Positions 22,583 to 36,800 are shown, counted from the stretch's first letter. The stretch: 64,000 nucleotides of DNA from Monocercomonoides exilis PA203 (GCA_001643675.2 LSRY02000069.1:124001-188000), one strand, 5' to 3'. The notes: generated by a model from the letters alone, not told the origin. Numbers and translations are program-made.

Positions 22583-23870
22583 TTGTATTTTTCCTTGTTA
22601 GCTTCTATTTTTCATCTTCTCCTACGTATCTATTTCTGCCTCTATACTACTGCATTCCTTCTTTCTGCTTGTTTGTGCAACCAACTTCTTTCACCTTATC
22701 GATCTTCTTCTAATACATCTGCTGTGTATGTTGGAACAGAATCTCAAAGAAAAACGCTAAGAATGGTCACTTTTGATAGGAACAGTCATTTTTTCGAAAG
22801 GTACGAGTGGAGTGATTCAAATTGCACAGGAGATCAATGTGGTTCTCTAAAAATTGCTTGCACAATTGCAAGTTTCACAATTACTTCTTGTTCATTTTTC
22901 AATTGTTCAATTGCAGGTACATACCGTGGCAGAGCGTAGTTTTGTCAAGAATTGTTGAAAATTGACATCACAAAATCCAATTTCACAAGTTGCACTGCAG
23001 CTCATGGAGGAACAGTTTTGATATTGCATCCACAATCAAATGCCGATTGGACTATCTCAGAAAACAGGGTCGAAAATTGTTCAATTACAAATTGGTGTGG
23101 AACTGGTTGGGATTTTGGAATCAATAACACTCTTTCGGATGCTCAACTCCTGTAATCTGAATGTCAGTGTATTTCAAACTCAGGAAGTGATGCTTCGGGA
23201 TCATTGACTTTCAATTGGCCTCCTCAAATAAAACTAAGTCAGCTTTCAATCAATGAGTATCAATTGGTTAATAATATTCTTACTTCTTTTTCCACTTACG
23301 GTGGAGCAGGAATATTCTTTGATGGAACTTCTTCCTGGATTAATGGAATGAAATTCATCACATTTTGTTTTTTCGATGGCAACACCGCTTCTAGTGGCAG
23401 AGGAAACGATGTATTCTTCAATGGCAGCAGCATCACCCAATCTCTTTTCCAGCAATGTGGCTCAACAACCACAACAAAAAGAGTCTGGAATAATAAAACA
23501 GCTGACAATGATGAATTCAATGGATGGCTTCCGATCATTAACCAGAACAAAATCGTTGCAAATGGCGGAAGTGATGTCGATGCCTGTGGAAAAACATAGC
23601 AAAGCCCATATGGAACAATTGAATTCGCTCTTGTTCGCATGACAGATTCCCAAGACGCCTCTTCACCCTCCTCACTTCAGCGTTTATTCCCATTCAAACA
23701 CTCACCTTCAGCGAAGTTGACACAAAAACCACAGGAAATGGAACAAGTACCATCGCTATCACATCCAGTGGCATTCCTCAACCAACTTGAAAGCACAATC
23801 ACAATCAACATCATCACTTTCCTCATCATCACTTTCTTGTTTTCAACCATTACACTCCATTCTGTTTCTT
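22583..23870 (+). pseudogene. Fragment of a right-handed beta-helix / pectin-lyase-like repeat surface protein, cargo in the hAT element
   Basis: Motifs ITSCSFFNCS, SNFTSCTAAHGG, GGAGIFFDG..FCFFDGNTASSGRGNDVFFNG and ANGGSDVDACG, split by stops. Confidence 0.7.
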
Positions 23871-25817
23871 GACAGAAAGATGGTAACAACCACAACCAAC
23901 ACACCGGAGCTCACTCGCGCAACGCTCCTCTTCACTGAAGTTGCAATTTGGTTCTGTTTGTTCTTCAAGTCAGTTGCGCTTGTAATCAATCATCACACGC
24001 ATTTTTCTGGGACTGCTCAAAAGATAACAAGTTTGGTAACGAAACAAATGGAGGACGTTTTGAGTGAGGTACAAGGCAACTTCCTCTATCAGACCACGGT
24101 TCTATTCAACCATTTGGATGAGAGTCGCGAAAGTTCAAAGAATTGTTCATTATTTGGTTATAGATATATCGATGCTGTATCGATGTTTGCAAAGTTTGCT
24201 TTATTTCCAGACTTATTTTTTCTCATTGTTCAATTTCTTTCGTAATTATGTTCATAAACTATTATTTAATAAGCAAACATTTTGGCATTTCTTTTGTTTT
24301 TTTTATTTTTAATAAGCCTGTGATTAAAAATGTTTTCAAAAGGAAAACATTTAAATAAAACGTTCTTTATTCAATTTTGTTTGTTATTTCTGAAAATAAA
24401 CATACCAATTAAACGAATCTTTTTGCTTTTTTAATAATAACATTTTTTGAAACGATATTCAGAGTGAAATGCCTTTCTCAGCTGAGGATGTTCTGGAGAT
24501 GCAAAAGCTGGAGCTGGAGAAAGCAGAACAACAAAAGGCAAGAAGCGGAGCGGGCATGCTGCAGAACATAAAGAAAGAGCTGGCTCGCCAAGTTTCTTTA
24601 AGAGATTGGTTGGGAATAAGATATTGAAGAAACAGAATGAGGGAGACGAGAAGATGGAGGAAGAATCAATTGCTATTTGATCTTAATCTCCTTCTGCTTT
24701 TCCCTCTTCTCTCTCTTCCATTTCTTCACTCTCTTTATTAAATGGTATGCAAAATCTTTCGCCTCTACTCAATGTTCATTTTTGTTCTCCAACTTATGTT
24801 TCATTTATTCCTTCTTCTTTCAAAACCTTATTTCCTTCCATTTCTTCTTCACCTTATTCTTCGCCTTTTTCTACTTCACATCGAATAGAATGTCAGCTGA
24901 AGGAGAGATGGAAGAAGGCGAAATGGATGAATACTTTTCTGATCTGCTTTATTTCTCAACAGACAAAGCTGAATCTCCATTTGATCAATTATTATTATCA
25001 TCATCACATTCATATTCCTCTTTTCCTTCATCTTCATCATCATTATCAACTTCTTCTTCTTCTTCTTCCTCTTTCTCTTTCTCTTCCTCTTCCTCTTCCT
25101 CTTCCTCTTCCTCTTCCTCTTCCTCTTCCTCCTCCTCTTTCTCTTCTTCTTTTACTCCTCTTCTTCTTTTCTTTTTCTTCTTCTCCGTCTGTTTCTGCTT
25201 TTATTTCATTTTCATCTTCATTATCTATAAAATTACTGATAAAAGATGTATTCTGTAAAAGTTTAATTTCTGTGATCTTTATTCTTTTCCGCCTTTCCGA
25301 TCAGTCTCCTTCCATCAATCTCAACACAACCACCATCACCTCCATAACTTCTTCATCCACCTCCGCCAGCTGTATCCTCTCCTCCACCACCTTCCCTGCC
25401 TTTTCCTTCTCCATCACCAACTGCTCTATGACAAATATCGACTCGCCACTGCTGAACAATCAGACTGCCACCATCTGCTGGTTCATCTTATTTGTATCAT
25501 CTGCCTTTGATAGTGCATTTTTTGTGAAAACACTTTATCCAAAGTGCATGAAATGAGAAAAACTTAAGAGGTGAATTGAAAAAAAGAAAAAGATAAAACC
25601 CTGAAATTTGTAATATGTGAATGCAATAAAAGAAACGAAACGATATGAAATTATTCATTCCACAGTTTTCAAAATATTACCTTCGTTCATTTCAGTGTTT
25701 TTTAAGATTAATAAATGAATAGCTCGTATTATTTCTCATTCGTCTTCGTTTTGATATAAAATGAAATGCATTAAAAATTATTTGAAATGTTGATGTGTGC
25801 AAATAAGAAATATAGAC

Positions 25818-28811
25818 CTACAATTTCAACAGTGCGTCCAATGTCTTTGTGCATATCGAATGTCTTTTGTCTCCCAATATGAAACGCATCCTTGAGATAA
25901 TTCTTTCACAGCTGGCCTCGCTGCGAGGAGAATCAATTAAAGTCAAGCATAATCCGGAAAACAGGATTGGAATGTCGCCATCTGAAGCGAAGGCTTTGTA
26001 ATAAACCTCGGGATCTTCTTCATAGACAAGTTCAGGGCAGGAATGCATTTGTCTTTGAAATAGTAAGTTTAAATTTTGAATCGCATTTTCATCCAGCGTT
26101 TGAAATGTTGTTTTGGAATATTTCATAAAGGAATCAAACAGGCGTGGCCCCCAGTCCTTTGTGATAGAATTTTCAACCTTTTTCAACAATTCCTTTTCTT
26201 TAAATACGTTCATATCACAACAAATCTGATTTTTTCCAGAAGAAAATAATTCTTCAACATATGTATCGCATTCGTTTTCATCGTTGAACTCAAAATTGCA
26301 GCATTCATCATCAAAACGATCACTGGTTTCATTTTTTTGTTACGTTGAACAAGAGTTTGTTCAACTTGCCTTTCTGAAGAAATTGCATGACTTCTTTCAA
26401 ATGAATTGAATGATGCTGTTACTGATGTGTGTGTGGAAAGAGATATTGAAGCTGAACAAGACGAAGACGAAGATGAAAAAGATTAAGGATTTTCAGAAGA
26501 AAAGATTTCACATGTCCTTGGAACGTACTCATCGCCTTCATCATTTTCTTCCGCAAGAAACAATCCAAATTCATCTCCTTCAATTAGCGATTCTGATCCT
26601 TCTTCATTGCCTGCTATGTCTTTTTGAATAATAAAATTTTCTTTTTCAATTTCCGTTATCAGCTCAAGAATTGAAGAAAATTCATTGTGATCTGAGGTTT
26701 TGGGGCTTTCTTCATCATCATCATCATTTTCCATTGATGATCCAAAATGTGAAAAAATGTTGACATCTCCATCAAATTGTTTTTCATTCAATCTTTTCAT
26801 TGCCCCTTCTTGGATGTCATTTGCCAACAATGAAACCTTTGTTTTGATCATTGAAGAATTGAATAGAGAAAATTGGTCATCATTTTCAGAAGAAGCATAA
26901 AAAGATTGAGCTTCTGAGTGACAAGCTGCTGTTTATGAAAAGAGAAATGAAAAAGTGTGATGTTTTGTGTATGAATTATAAGGATTTGAACTGTTATTGT
27001 ATTTTTCAGTAAATCATTTAGGCGAATTGAAATAAAGCGATGTAAATTCTCCTCTTCTGCAGAGTTGAAAACCAATAGGAGTAAATGCAAATGATAACGG
27101 TATTGTGATGCCTCTATTACCAGTGAAAAAATAGTTATGCAAATACACTATCACGTTGACAATCGCATTGTGCCATTTATTAACAAAAAAAAAAGGGATG
27201 CTCAGTCAAAAAAAAAAAAACAAATATCCAAATGCTTCAAGCAATAAAGGGAAAACAAAAGATAGTTTTGTTTTATCACTTTCAAATTTTAATTGCAAAA
27301 GGTGAAGGGGGAAAAGAAATACTTCTGCTTTCATGATATTACATAATGTTCCATCATTCAGCAGATTTTCTTTTTGGATAATTTCTCGATTTTTTCTAAT
27401 AAATGAGCACAATTCATACAGACTTTTCCATCTCGTGGAAATAAATGTTGGTATTCTTTTTTTGAAAAGATGTCTGGTTTTTTTTAAATTTGCTTGCTGA
27501 GCAAATTCCAGTATTTGTCAAAATTTTTTTAAAAAGTTCCTTGTTTAATTTTCAAATACAGAAAATTTTTCACATTTCAATCAATTTACTGTTCCTTTTC
27601 ACGAAACTTTTCTTGAATGAAAATAATAACATTGTAAAGATTTTATTTTCATGACAGCGAAATTTGGTGAGTGGGAATAGATATTTGATAGAAAAAGAAA
27701 TTTTAATTTTATTCGAAAAATAAACAAAAGGAACTTTTCAAAAAAATTTTGACATTAGTCTTTTTAAATCACGTATAAAATGAACTTTGCTGAAAGAATG
27801 ATGAATCACTAAATCCGTTAGATGATTGCAACAATATAAAAATACCGGATTTATTGTTAAAACAGAATCAACAGCAACTGATTTGAAGGAATTATTTGTT
27901 GATAATTGTTCAATTGCTTTCTTTTGAAACGCACACCCATCTGTGCAAATGCTCCTTACCACTGCGTTATGCTTATGAAATTCCAATATTAATGAATGAA
28001 CCAACTTCTCGTATTCTGATGTTGATCCGCAGGATTCGTATAATCCCCAGAAAAATGGTGTTGAATTGATGTTCAACTGTGAAACTGTAACAACAGTGTA
28101 TTGATTGCCAGCAACATTTGCTCCATCCATCATGAGACAAATTCCTGAATTGGTGATTTTATTGATATTTTCTTCCTTTCTTCTGATTTGTTCTTTCATC
28201 ATGATTTCTGACACTGATTAACGAGTTTAAGAGGGGAAAATGGATTGGGGAGATTTTGATGGATTTTCTTGACCTGCTTTTATTAGTGATGAAAAAAAAG
28301 TGTTTGCTTCCTTCGATGAACATGATAAAAAAGATATATTGCAACGACTCACAAATGATGCAAAATGCTCTTGTAATTGACTTTTTGATACGGATCCATA
28401 CAGCTTTTTCTCTGATGCAGTTTTTGGCTTTGGTTGAGAATCAAGTTGCTTTTTGAAAGATGAAATACAAGAAATATTTTGTAAACTGCAATTATGATTA
28501 ACAATTGAAGAATAAGTTTTTCGCCCTGATACTCCACAAGCATAACCTTCCTTGCTGTTTGGGTAGATATAGTACTTATGGCAATCTTTTTTTGGCGAAC
28601 CATCAATGTTCATAATGACATATGATATCCACAACTCACCTCCAACAATTTCAAATGACAACTTTGATATTATTTCGTTATATTTTTTGGTGTGTTTGAT
28701 AACTTTGAAATTGAAAATGGGAAATATTTTCAAAAAGAAAAGAAACAAGTGAACCTTTTCCTGATGGTGTTTCACAGTGAATTTCGAACTGGACAAATTG
28801 ACAATTAACAT
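25818..28811 (-). pseudogene. hAT-family DDE transposase, intron-containing and interrupted
   Basis: CLMMDG (first D), SICTDG (second D), YCCNH (CxxH), IPTFISTRWKS (~27420-27455), and C-terminal SPRSEASCERIISRMRFILGDKRHS (catalytic E / hAT dimerisation motif). In-frame TAA codons at 28227-28229 and 28218-28220. Confidence 0.88.
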
Positions 28812-30169
28812 TTTCCAATTGTTTTGTTTTTTTTTTTCATATGCATTGAACTTGGATTTCGTAATAAAAAGAAAAATATATCTGAATTTTCAAATTTTAA
28901 ATAATATCAAACTATTTCAGGGTTTATTAATGACGATTTTGACTCTTCAGCTAAACAGTATTGCTTTTCTTTTTCGATCAAACTCATGAAGACTTTGGTG
29001 TGACCTGACTGACAAGGACAGTCAATGACGATCTGATATTCCTTATTTGCCTTCACTTCAGTAACTTATAAAAATTGATAATTTTTTGTTTTTGACAAGA
29101 AAAAAAACTTCAAAAAGAAAAATTATTCAGTTAAAAATTATGACAATGAAATTATAATGGGCAATGATTCATTTCCGAAAAAAAATGCTTCTGAAAATTC
29201 GAGAAAAATTTCAATGACGTGAATGTTTATGTCAAGAATGTCAGAATTGAAAATTTTCACGTCAGCGGTCATCACGTCATACAGGTTTAGAAGTTATTTC
29301 GAAATAACCCACAAATTTCTAGTTTTTCAATGGTTTTTTGAGTTTTCCTAATATTTTTTGAAAAAAAGTCAGTCTTTTTGAGTATATGCAAATGAAGTTT
29401 TATTATTTTTTATATCTTGTTGCTATTAATATTCATTTTTTTTTTAAGTTTGTTAAACTTTGTTTTTATTAGTATTCTGAACCGAAAACTCAATGGTTGA
29501 TCTTCTGTATCACCATAACAAATTATTTTTTTATTATTTAGTCATTTCTGTCGTTTTGAAAAGCATCAAAAGAAACATTCAAGAGGTAAAATTTTTGTTT
29601 TTTGTTGTTTCATTCGAGACCATGAAATTAAAAACTGTTAACTCGTTTATTGGAGAGAATTTGCCTTCTTTTAAATATTCTTTATATCAACTCAGTCCTT
29701 TTAATGACTTCATACATTTTGATATGTGATTAATATTAAAACATCGTTGTGCTTTCTTAATTAACTTTTCATTTCATGATTGCTTATTTTATGAAAGTAT
29801 TTTTGACATTTATTCTTTCAAATATTTTCCTTATATACGCCGTATTAATAAAATAAAAAGAAAAAATTGATTTCATTATGATATATTATTCTATATGAAA
29901 AAGAATTGTTAAAGATCATAAATAAATTTCACAATAAAGTCATATTTTTTATTATTGATGTTGCACTATTTGATATCTTTCTTCTGTCAAATTTTTTAAT
30001 TGAATATAAAACAGAATATATCTGCACCATGCTAAAGCAAAAAATTATTGAGTATTACAGTTGAGATTTTTACAGTTTTTAGTTGATTAATTGAGTTTCT
30101 TCAAATCAGAAAATAAAGTTCTTTTTGTGGTCAATTTCTTTCTCTATTCAAATCAAATATCATCAAAAA

Positions 30170-31330
30170 TTAAAGACAAAAATTTCTAGCAGGATCGTCT
30201 CTCTCCAATGCACATAAATTCTGCCCCTCCTTTGCTCTTGTGCTCTGCATGGCAAATGACTTTCCTGCTTCCACTGCCTTTGCTGCAACCACCCCATCTC
30301 CGCTCGTCAACTTCACATTCTTCGCCTCAACATTCTCCAGCACGCTATCTCCCAATATTATCAACGATAAGAACAATACAGATGAAGAGAATGAAAAAGA
30401 TTGATCAAGCTCAGAGGACAATGATTATGAAATATTCTTTTTTGTGATCTCCACATCAATCATCGATAGCTGCGATAACTGCACCACAAACACTGACGAC
30501 GACATCACATATTCCCCTGTATTACTTGTAGCAATCACAACATCCTCCAATAAGAGTGACCCACCTCCATCAGACGCCATAACCTCACTCGGCGAAGAAG
30601 GACTTGCATTTGAGTTGCAATCAATCTTCATGTGCAATAAACCAAGATGAACTGTTGACACACTAAACTGCGCTCCAGTTGACGAAAGTGCCCCTGTTCC
30701 AATCGAACTTTTCTCTTTACCAGCCCCAATGATTGAAATCTTCTTTGTTCCAATATCAATCGTAGTTGTCTCGCTTGTGTGATTCACTTCCATCAGCGTG
30801 ACTGACAGACTCACCTGGATCACGCTCTTTTCAACTGCAACACCAATGGTTCTGCATGCAGTTGGCTCATCCAGTCCACACAGATCTTCTTCACCTCCAC
30901 CACCCACTGCCACAAATCGGTTAAGAATCCCTCTCTTCAGCTAATCCTTTTTTGATATTTCGTCATATGTCCATTTTTGTTCATTTGCATAATTGTATGC
31001 AAAGCAGATCCTCTTCTCATCTGTGTTTGTGGTGTAACATTCATAGAACGGATTTCCAGAATTCAAATAGACATTGTAATAATCAACGTATTCAACATCA
31101 TGCCCGTATGGAATTGAAGTTGTTCTGCATTTGCATTCATGGAAGAAAAGAAAATATCAATAAATCCCATCAGATGGTGCTGTTTGTTTGTATGGCTCCA
31201 AATGAAATCCTCCTCCAAATGCAGTTGCAGAGCAAGAAATTAACTGAATGCTTCCCATTTTGAAAGCTGGAACAGTGTGACAAAACATTCATCCACCATA
31301 ATTATTTGTAAGAAAGTTTGAAGTCAATGA
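30170..31330 (-). pseudogene. Beta-helix-family surface protein fragment
   Basis: VAVGGGGEEDLCGLDEPTACRTIGVAVEKS..NHTSETTTIDIGTKKISIIG is homologous to 36210-36500 (VGVSGDNSCYLCGMNESAPCKTVGYAV..KHVSEGVTISVGEKEISVVG); contains stops and frameshifts. Confidence 0.7.
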
Positions 31331-31910
31331 GCATGAAAATACACGTGTATCCTCCACTTTGTTATTTTTTGTTTCAACTCACGCTCTGAGTTAAAAACGG
31401 AAAAAAGCATTTCCTATTTAATTTGAAAAACAAAATTCAAAAACAAACATAAGGAAAACAAGATATATATTAATAAACAATAAACTTTGCATTTGCCTAT
31501 GAATAATTGTTGCAATGTGATTCTGTGCAGCGATCGAAAATTTACATTAAATCATTTCTGAGATGATTCAAATATGAATTGCAACGAAATTTTCTTCAAA
31601 GAAAATATATTTGTTATTTGCTTCATTAACAGCCATTGCTAAAAACAATAGCTATGAGCCTTATAAAATGAAAAATTGAACTCTTGATTTCATTGGATCA
31701 TATATTTAATTTAATGGGTGAAAAAACAAAACAAAAAATCTGTTTTTTTTTCGAGGAATTTCACAGTTTTCTGTTCGATTTTTGCTTTGGATCATAACAA
31801 ACAGTCATTTATTCATCATTACAAATATTGAAGATGCTCTAATTAAATGATTCAAATTTTTGTTGCATTAAGATTTTTCAAATTGTTTTTACAAATTCCA
31901 CTTATTGCTT

Positions 31911-32525
31911 TAACCCTGGGTGACGTAGTGACTTCTGACGTAATACTTTCGGTAAAGTGTAACTTATTGGGTCCGAAATATTTTTCAGAAATCATCATAA
32001 ATTATTTCATAAAAATTCTCTATTGTTGATAATTCGATTAACAAATGTGTTGTTGAGTTTCATAAACTAACATATTAGTTGTGAATTTCAGTAATATCAC
32101 AAAAAATAAAACAATAATTTTCAAAAATTGACATAAACATAAATTTTCTTCTTCATTCTCCTTAGTATTTCTTTCTTTATTTAACTTTAATCATAAAATC
32201 CTTGTGTTTAATTGTTGTTTTGAACATATTCTGAAGATATTTTATCATCTTTATTGTGTTATTTTAAAAACACACAAAAAATAATGAATAAAACTTTCTT
32301 TCCATTTGAGTGATAATGATTTTTAATAATGTTTTGATAGGGTTTTTCAACAAAAAAAAACATAATTTTTCTAAACTTAAAACATCATTCGAAGAATGTT
32401 TTCATTAGAGGGTTTCAAATTTGGTGATATATTCATATTATTTCACGACAAAAATCGGGACCCAATATGTTTCATCTTACCATACTTTCTATTTTTAACG
32501 GACGTGACAAATTTTTCCACGTCAC
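31911..32525. mobile_element. Orphan hAT end, an inverted relative of the 18502 terminus, interrupted by a MITE
   Basis: Removing 31951-32489 gives TAACCCTGGGTGACGTAGTGACTTCTGACGTAATACTTTCTATTTTTAACGGACGTGACAAA, which aligns with the reverse complement of 18441-18502. Confidence 0.8.
31951..32481. mobile_element. Merlin-like MITE (531 bp) nested in a hAT terminus
   Basis: Imperfect TIRs GGTAAAGTGTAACTTATTGGGTCC and GGTAAGATGAAACATATTGGGTCC (reverse complement); 8-bp TSD ATACTTTC (31943-31950, 32482-32489). Confidence 0.8.
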
Positions 32526-33209
32526 AAGATAAAACCAATATATTTATTTTCAGTTTCATAATAATTTAATTATCAAAAAATATTTTCTACAATTTTCTAA
32601 ATCAAATTTGCAATAATAGATAAAATGTGAAATGAATTGGTCATTTCAAGTTATTTGTGTTATTTCAAGTTTCAGCCACGAAATTTGAATTAACGATGTA
32701 ATTTTGAAATAACCTTGAAAAACTTAAATCTACTGGCCGTTTTTAAAAAGCATTGAATATGCATTTTTTTGATTGAATAAATGGTCACAACCATGTTCAG
32801 AATTATTTTTGCTTGTTTTGTTATATCAAAAAAATCTGAGATTTATCGTTTTGGGATTTGAAGAAAATTGCTTTTGTTATTTTTGTTTGAAAAAAATTCA
32901 AAAAAAAAAAAAAAATAAAATAAAATAAAAATTGTGTTTTCATAAGTTGAAATATTTGATGCTTCTCAAATAACACAATTTGAATTAGATTTCTTTGGAT
33001 AAAAATCTTTTTTAAAAGCTTTCACAAGTTTTGAAATATATAATTCATCGAATAAAAATTGAAAAATTGACAAAGAATTGCAATAACATCTTTTTCATTT
33101 CATTTTCGAATATTCGGTTTGTCAAAAACTGTCAAGCAAATTGATAAGCAAGCTGTGTGAAATTGTGACACTTCTGATGATGAAGATAATCTCTTTGTTT
33201 TTTTCAAAT

Positions 33210-33236
33210 GGGTGGTTTTTTTTGATATCATAAAAA
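33210..33236 (+). repeat. GGG-type orphan transposon terminus
   Basis: GGGTGGTTTTTTTTGATATCATAAAAA is 1 mismatch from 58896-58922; both are preceded by AWWT. Confidence 0.5.
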
Positions 33237-33895
33237 AAGATCAAAAATCGAAAAAATAATATATATTGTGGTATTCTATGATCAAAAAGTTAAATTAATA
33301 TTTCATAAGTATTTAGCTTTTATCTCTGTCATATATATTTGTTTTATTTGTTCACATGAAAAAAAGCATACCTTTTTAATGTTTTTGATGATAAAGAATT
33401 TTCATGATCAAGTATCAAAAAAAAATGTGAAAAATTAAAAATAAAACTGTAAAAGGAAAATGCCAAGTTTTTCAACTTGCTAAACTATCCTAATAAATAA
33501 AAAATACTTTGAAAAACTTAATTGAAACAGTTTGTGAAAAAAGATTGTATCTCATTATAGATTTAATAACTTTTAACTAATTAAAGTTATTGGTTTTCTT
33601 CACTTTATTTTTTTCTTCAACTGAAATATCATTACAATGTATCAGTCCTTTCTTTTCGATTCGGTTTCTTCATCAAACGTTGAATGAAATACAATGAAAT
33701 CGATAATCAATGAATAAAACTAATTCGAACCAGTCTTTTTTCTCTTTATTCTTCTCATCACTTGTCCTTCCCGCTTCCTTTTCCATTCTTTCCTCATCTT
33801 CCTTCCATTTCCACTCTGCTTCATAAATACTCTCCTTTTGAAATGTCTCTGAAGTTGCTTGATTCCTCTCCAGCACTTTCTGTATCATTCTTCTC

Positions 33896-36800
33896 GGCAT
33901 AGGTGAAAATTGTACCACTTTCAGTTTGCATTTTTTCAAAATTTGAATATAATAGCGTTTATCTACTCAATTTAACTAAGCGATTCAAGGAGGGAAATTT
34001 CGAAATTCGATTAAAAATTTTCTCTCTGAAATTCTAAAATTTCGACACCCATAATATTTTTATTTTGATCATATTTTATTGAAATTTCTTTTTCTTGCTT
34101 TACATAGTTCGAATGAATTAATCAATTCAATCCAACAAGATAAAATATAGTTTTTATTGTTTGTCTCGATGAATATTAACCTATATTACTTTTTTCGTTG
34201 CTTATTTATAAAAATTCAATAAATTCAGGATGCTACCGTTTTAATAAAATAATGTGTAATATTGCTATCACACCTTCGAAGCAATAACGTAAATAAACGT
34301 GTGCAAGAATGCAAATAAATTTTAATTGCTTATAGACTTTTTTCATGCTGTTTTATCTCTAATTTTATTTGAACTACATTTGAAAGGTTTGTAACAAAAT
34401 GAAGATCGTGTGTCAACTGCATTTATTTGGATTGAGGACTGGATGGAGGAAGATGAGAAGAGAAGAATGGTGAGAGTGAAGTTGAATGGGCAATAGAAGA
34501 GCGAGCGAAAACAACATTTAATTTTTTTATTTGGAATTGGATATGAAAAGCGAAGGCGTGGTGTGTGTGGTGCTTGGAGTGGATGACGTAGAGGAGAGTT
34601 ACTTGAAGAGAAACAAACAGAGGATGAGGGGAGTGAATGGAAATGAAGAATTGTGGAGGTATTTTATTCTTGTTTGTTCATTTTCTTCATGTTCTATTTT
34701 TTATTTGTATTTTTGAATTTTTGATTTGATTGATGTGTGATGCGATCAGGTGTTGCCAGAAGCGCCGGGGGAGCATGAAACATGGGACATGGAAACAGTA
34801 CTTTTTTCTGGGACAGTCCTGGGAAAAATTGGGAGAAATGGGCAACCGAAGAGTGTTTGGCAGAATGAGCCAGGCAGAAAAAAATGGAGCGAACGGGAAA
34901 AGAAATTTTTGTTAAATTTATTTTTACAAAAATCTTTTCGGAAGCAGCAGCAGAAGAAGAGGCAGAAAAAAGTGAATTCAAGCTCAATGGGATATTTTTT
35001 GACATGGCGTCAAGAGGCATGGGGAAGGAGGAGAAGGAAAAGGAAGAATTTCTGTGAATGAATTTTATTACTCATCTTTTTGCCAATATTTCGCTTCACC
35101 CTCTTTTCCTCTTGTATTCCTCTCCAAATTATCATTTTTTTATATTTCAACTGCAAATGAGGCATGTTCGCCTTCAACAACTACGTCAACCCAAACCACA
35201 TGTTTTTTGAGCAGCAGCTCATTCTCATCAGTCTGTGATGCATATGATGTCGGAATTGTTCCTTCTCTGAACAACCCCTTGGCTTCTTTGACAGCCTCAA
35301 ACACCTCATTTATTGGGCATTGTCGGACAAGAAATATTGAATTCATTGGAAGCAAAGAAAACCCATTGAAGCCAGGGAGACAAAACACAACAGAAGATGG
35401 AGTAAATTCATTTGTTTGGTGCGAGTGGAACGGGTCGAGGGCAACTGGATCTGACGATTCTGTTTCAGACGGAATATCGAGTGGAGGGGCGATCTGCATG
35501 TATAATCTCAGTTCTGGAGAACTTTTCGTTTCGAATTGTATATTCAATGGATGTTTTGCGAATCGTCGTGGAGGTGGAATTATGTGTCATACAATCAAAT
35601 CTGTGTATATCGAAAATAATGTGTTTTGTAATTGTACTGCACAAAATCAATATGGAGGAGGAATGTACGTCAGCTCTGTTTCAACATGTGCTCGGATCAG
35701 TGAATGCGTATTTCAGAATTGTAAAGCAAATTGATATGGAGGAAGGCTTTGTATTCTTTTCAGGTTTCGGAACCTGACTGTTTTGTAGAGGAAAATCGAA
35801 AAGGAGAAAGTGAATGTGCTTTTGATTGCCGTTTTGCTTCATGTTCATTGACTGCATCAGACGAGGGAGGTATGTATTGCTCGAATATTCCTCAGCATTC
35901 AAAATGATGAACGCACAGTTCATCTCCTGTTCAGCTTCGTCACATGGTGGAGGAATGGGATTTGAACCTAATCAAGCAACAGCACTAAGTAATGGATGCA
36001 ATTGTTATTTCATTTTATTTTGTGAATGTATTTGCCTTGAATACCCTCCAGGTAACCACGATGTGTATTTTTCAGATGGAAATAATCTTTTTTCATCTCA
36101 CAATTCGTTCTACGAATCGTACACAACGAATACTGATGAGAAGAGAGTGTGCTATAATGGTAAAATCCTTCAACATACAGAAAAGATGTGGTGGCTGAGC
36201 ATCTCGATGAAGGATCGGTATGTTGGGGTGAGTGGAGATAATTCTTGCTATCTATGTGGGATGAATGAGTCAGCACCTTGCAAGACAGTGGGGTATGCGG
36301 TGGGTGTAAGCACGGCGTAGCTGAGCTCGACGATCACGGTGCTGAGTGGAAAGCATGTGAGCGAAGGGGTGACAATCAGTGTTGGGGAAAAGGAGATTTC
36401 TGTGGTTGGGAGAGGGAAAGCAGTGAGTGTGAGTGGGATAGATTCTCTTCCTTCTTCGATTACGCTGTTCAGTTTGATGATTGGGCAGTTGGAGTGATAT
36501 CTGTTGGAGGAGAAATATTTAAGCTTGCTAAAATAACGGTTGATTTCAGGTCTTAAGGAGAGGATCCAATCTTGGATATGCTATTTGTACCCACTTTTCC
36601 ACAGTCACTAATAATTGCTTTTGAAGAAAAAAGTCGATTCAAGCGCTGCAGTTCAAATATCGAATCACACACCGTTAAAAGAGTGGAATATTATTCCTGA
36701 TCAAGGCAGAAGCAATTTTTAGAACCAGTTTTGCAATTTTTTTTCCAAATTATTTGAAATTCCAATTTATTCATTGCTATTTTATTTATCTTTTTTTCAT

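Larger units (their letters stand above)
22086..29289 (-). mobile_element. hAT transposon (7204 bp) with a disrupted transposase and host-derived cargo
   Basis: Perfect 17-bp TIRs TAAACCTGTATGACGTG (22086-22102, 29273-29289); perfect 8-bp TSD GAAGTTAT (22078-22085, 29290-29297). Confidence 0.95.
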
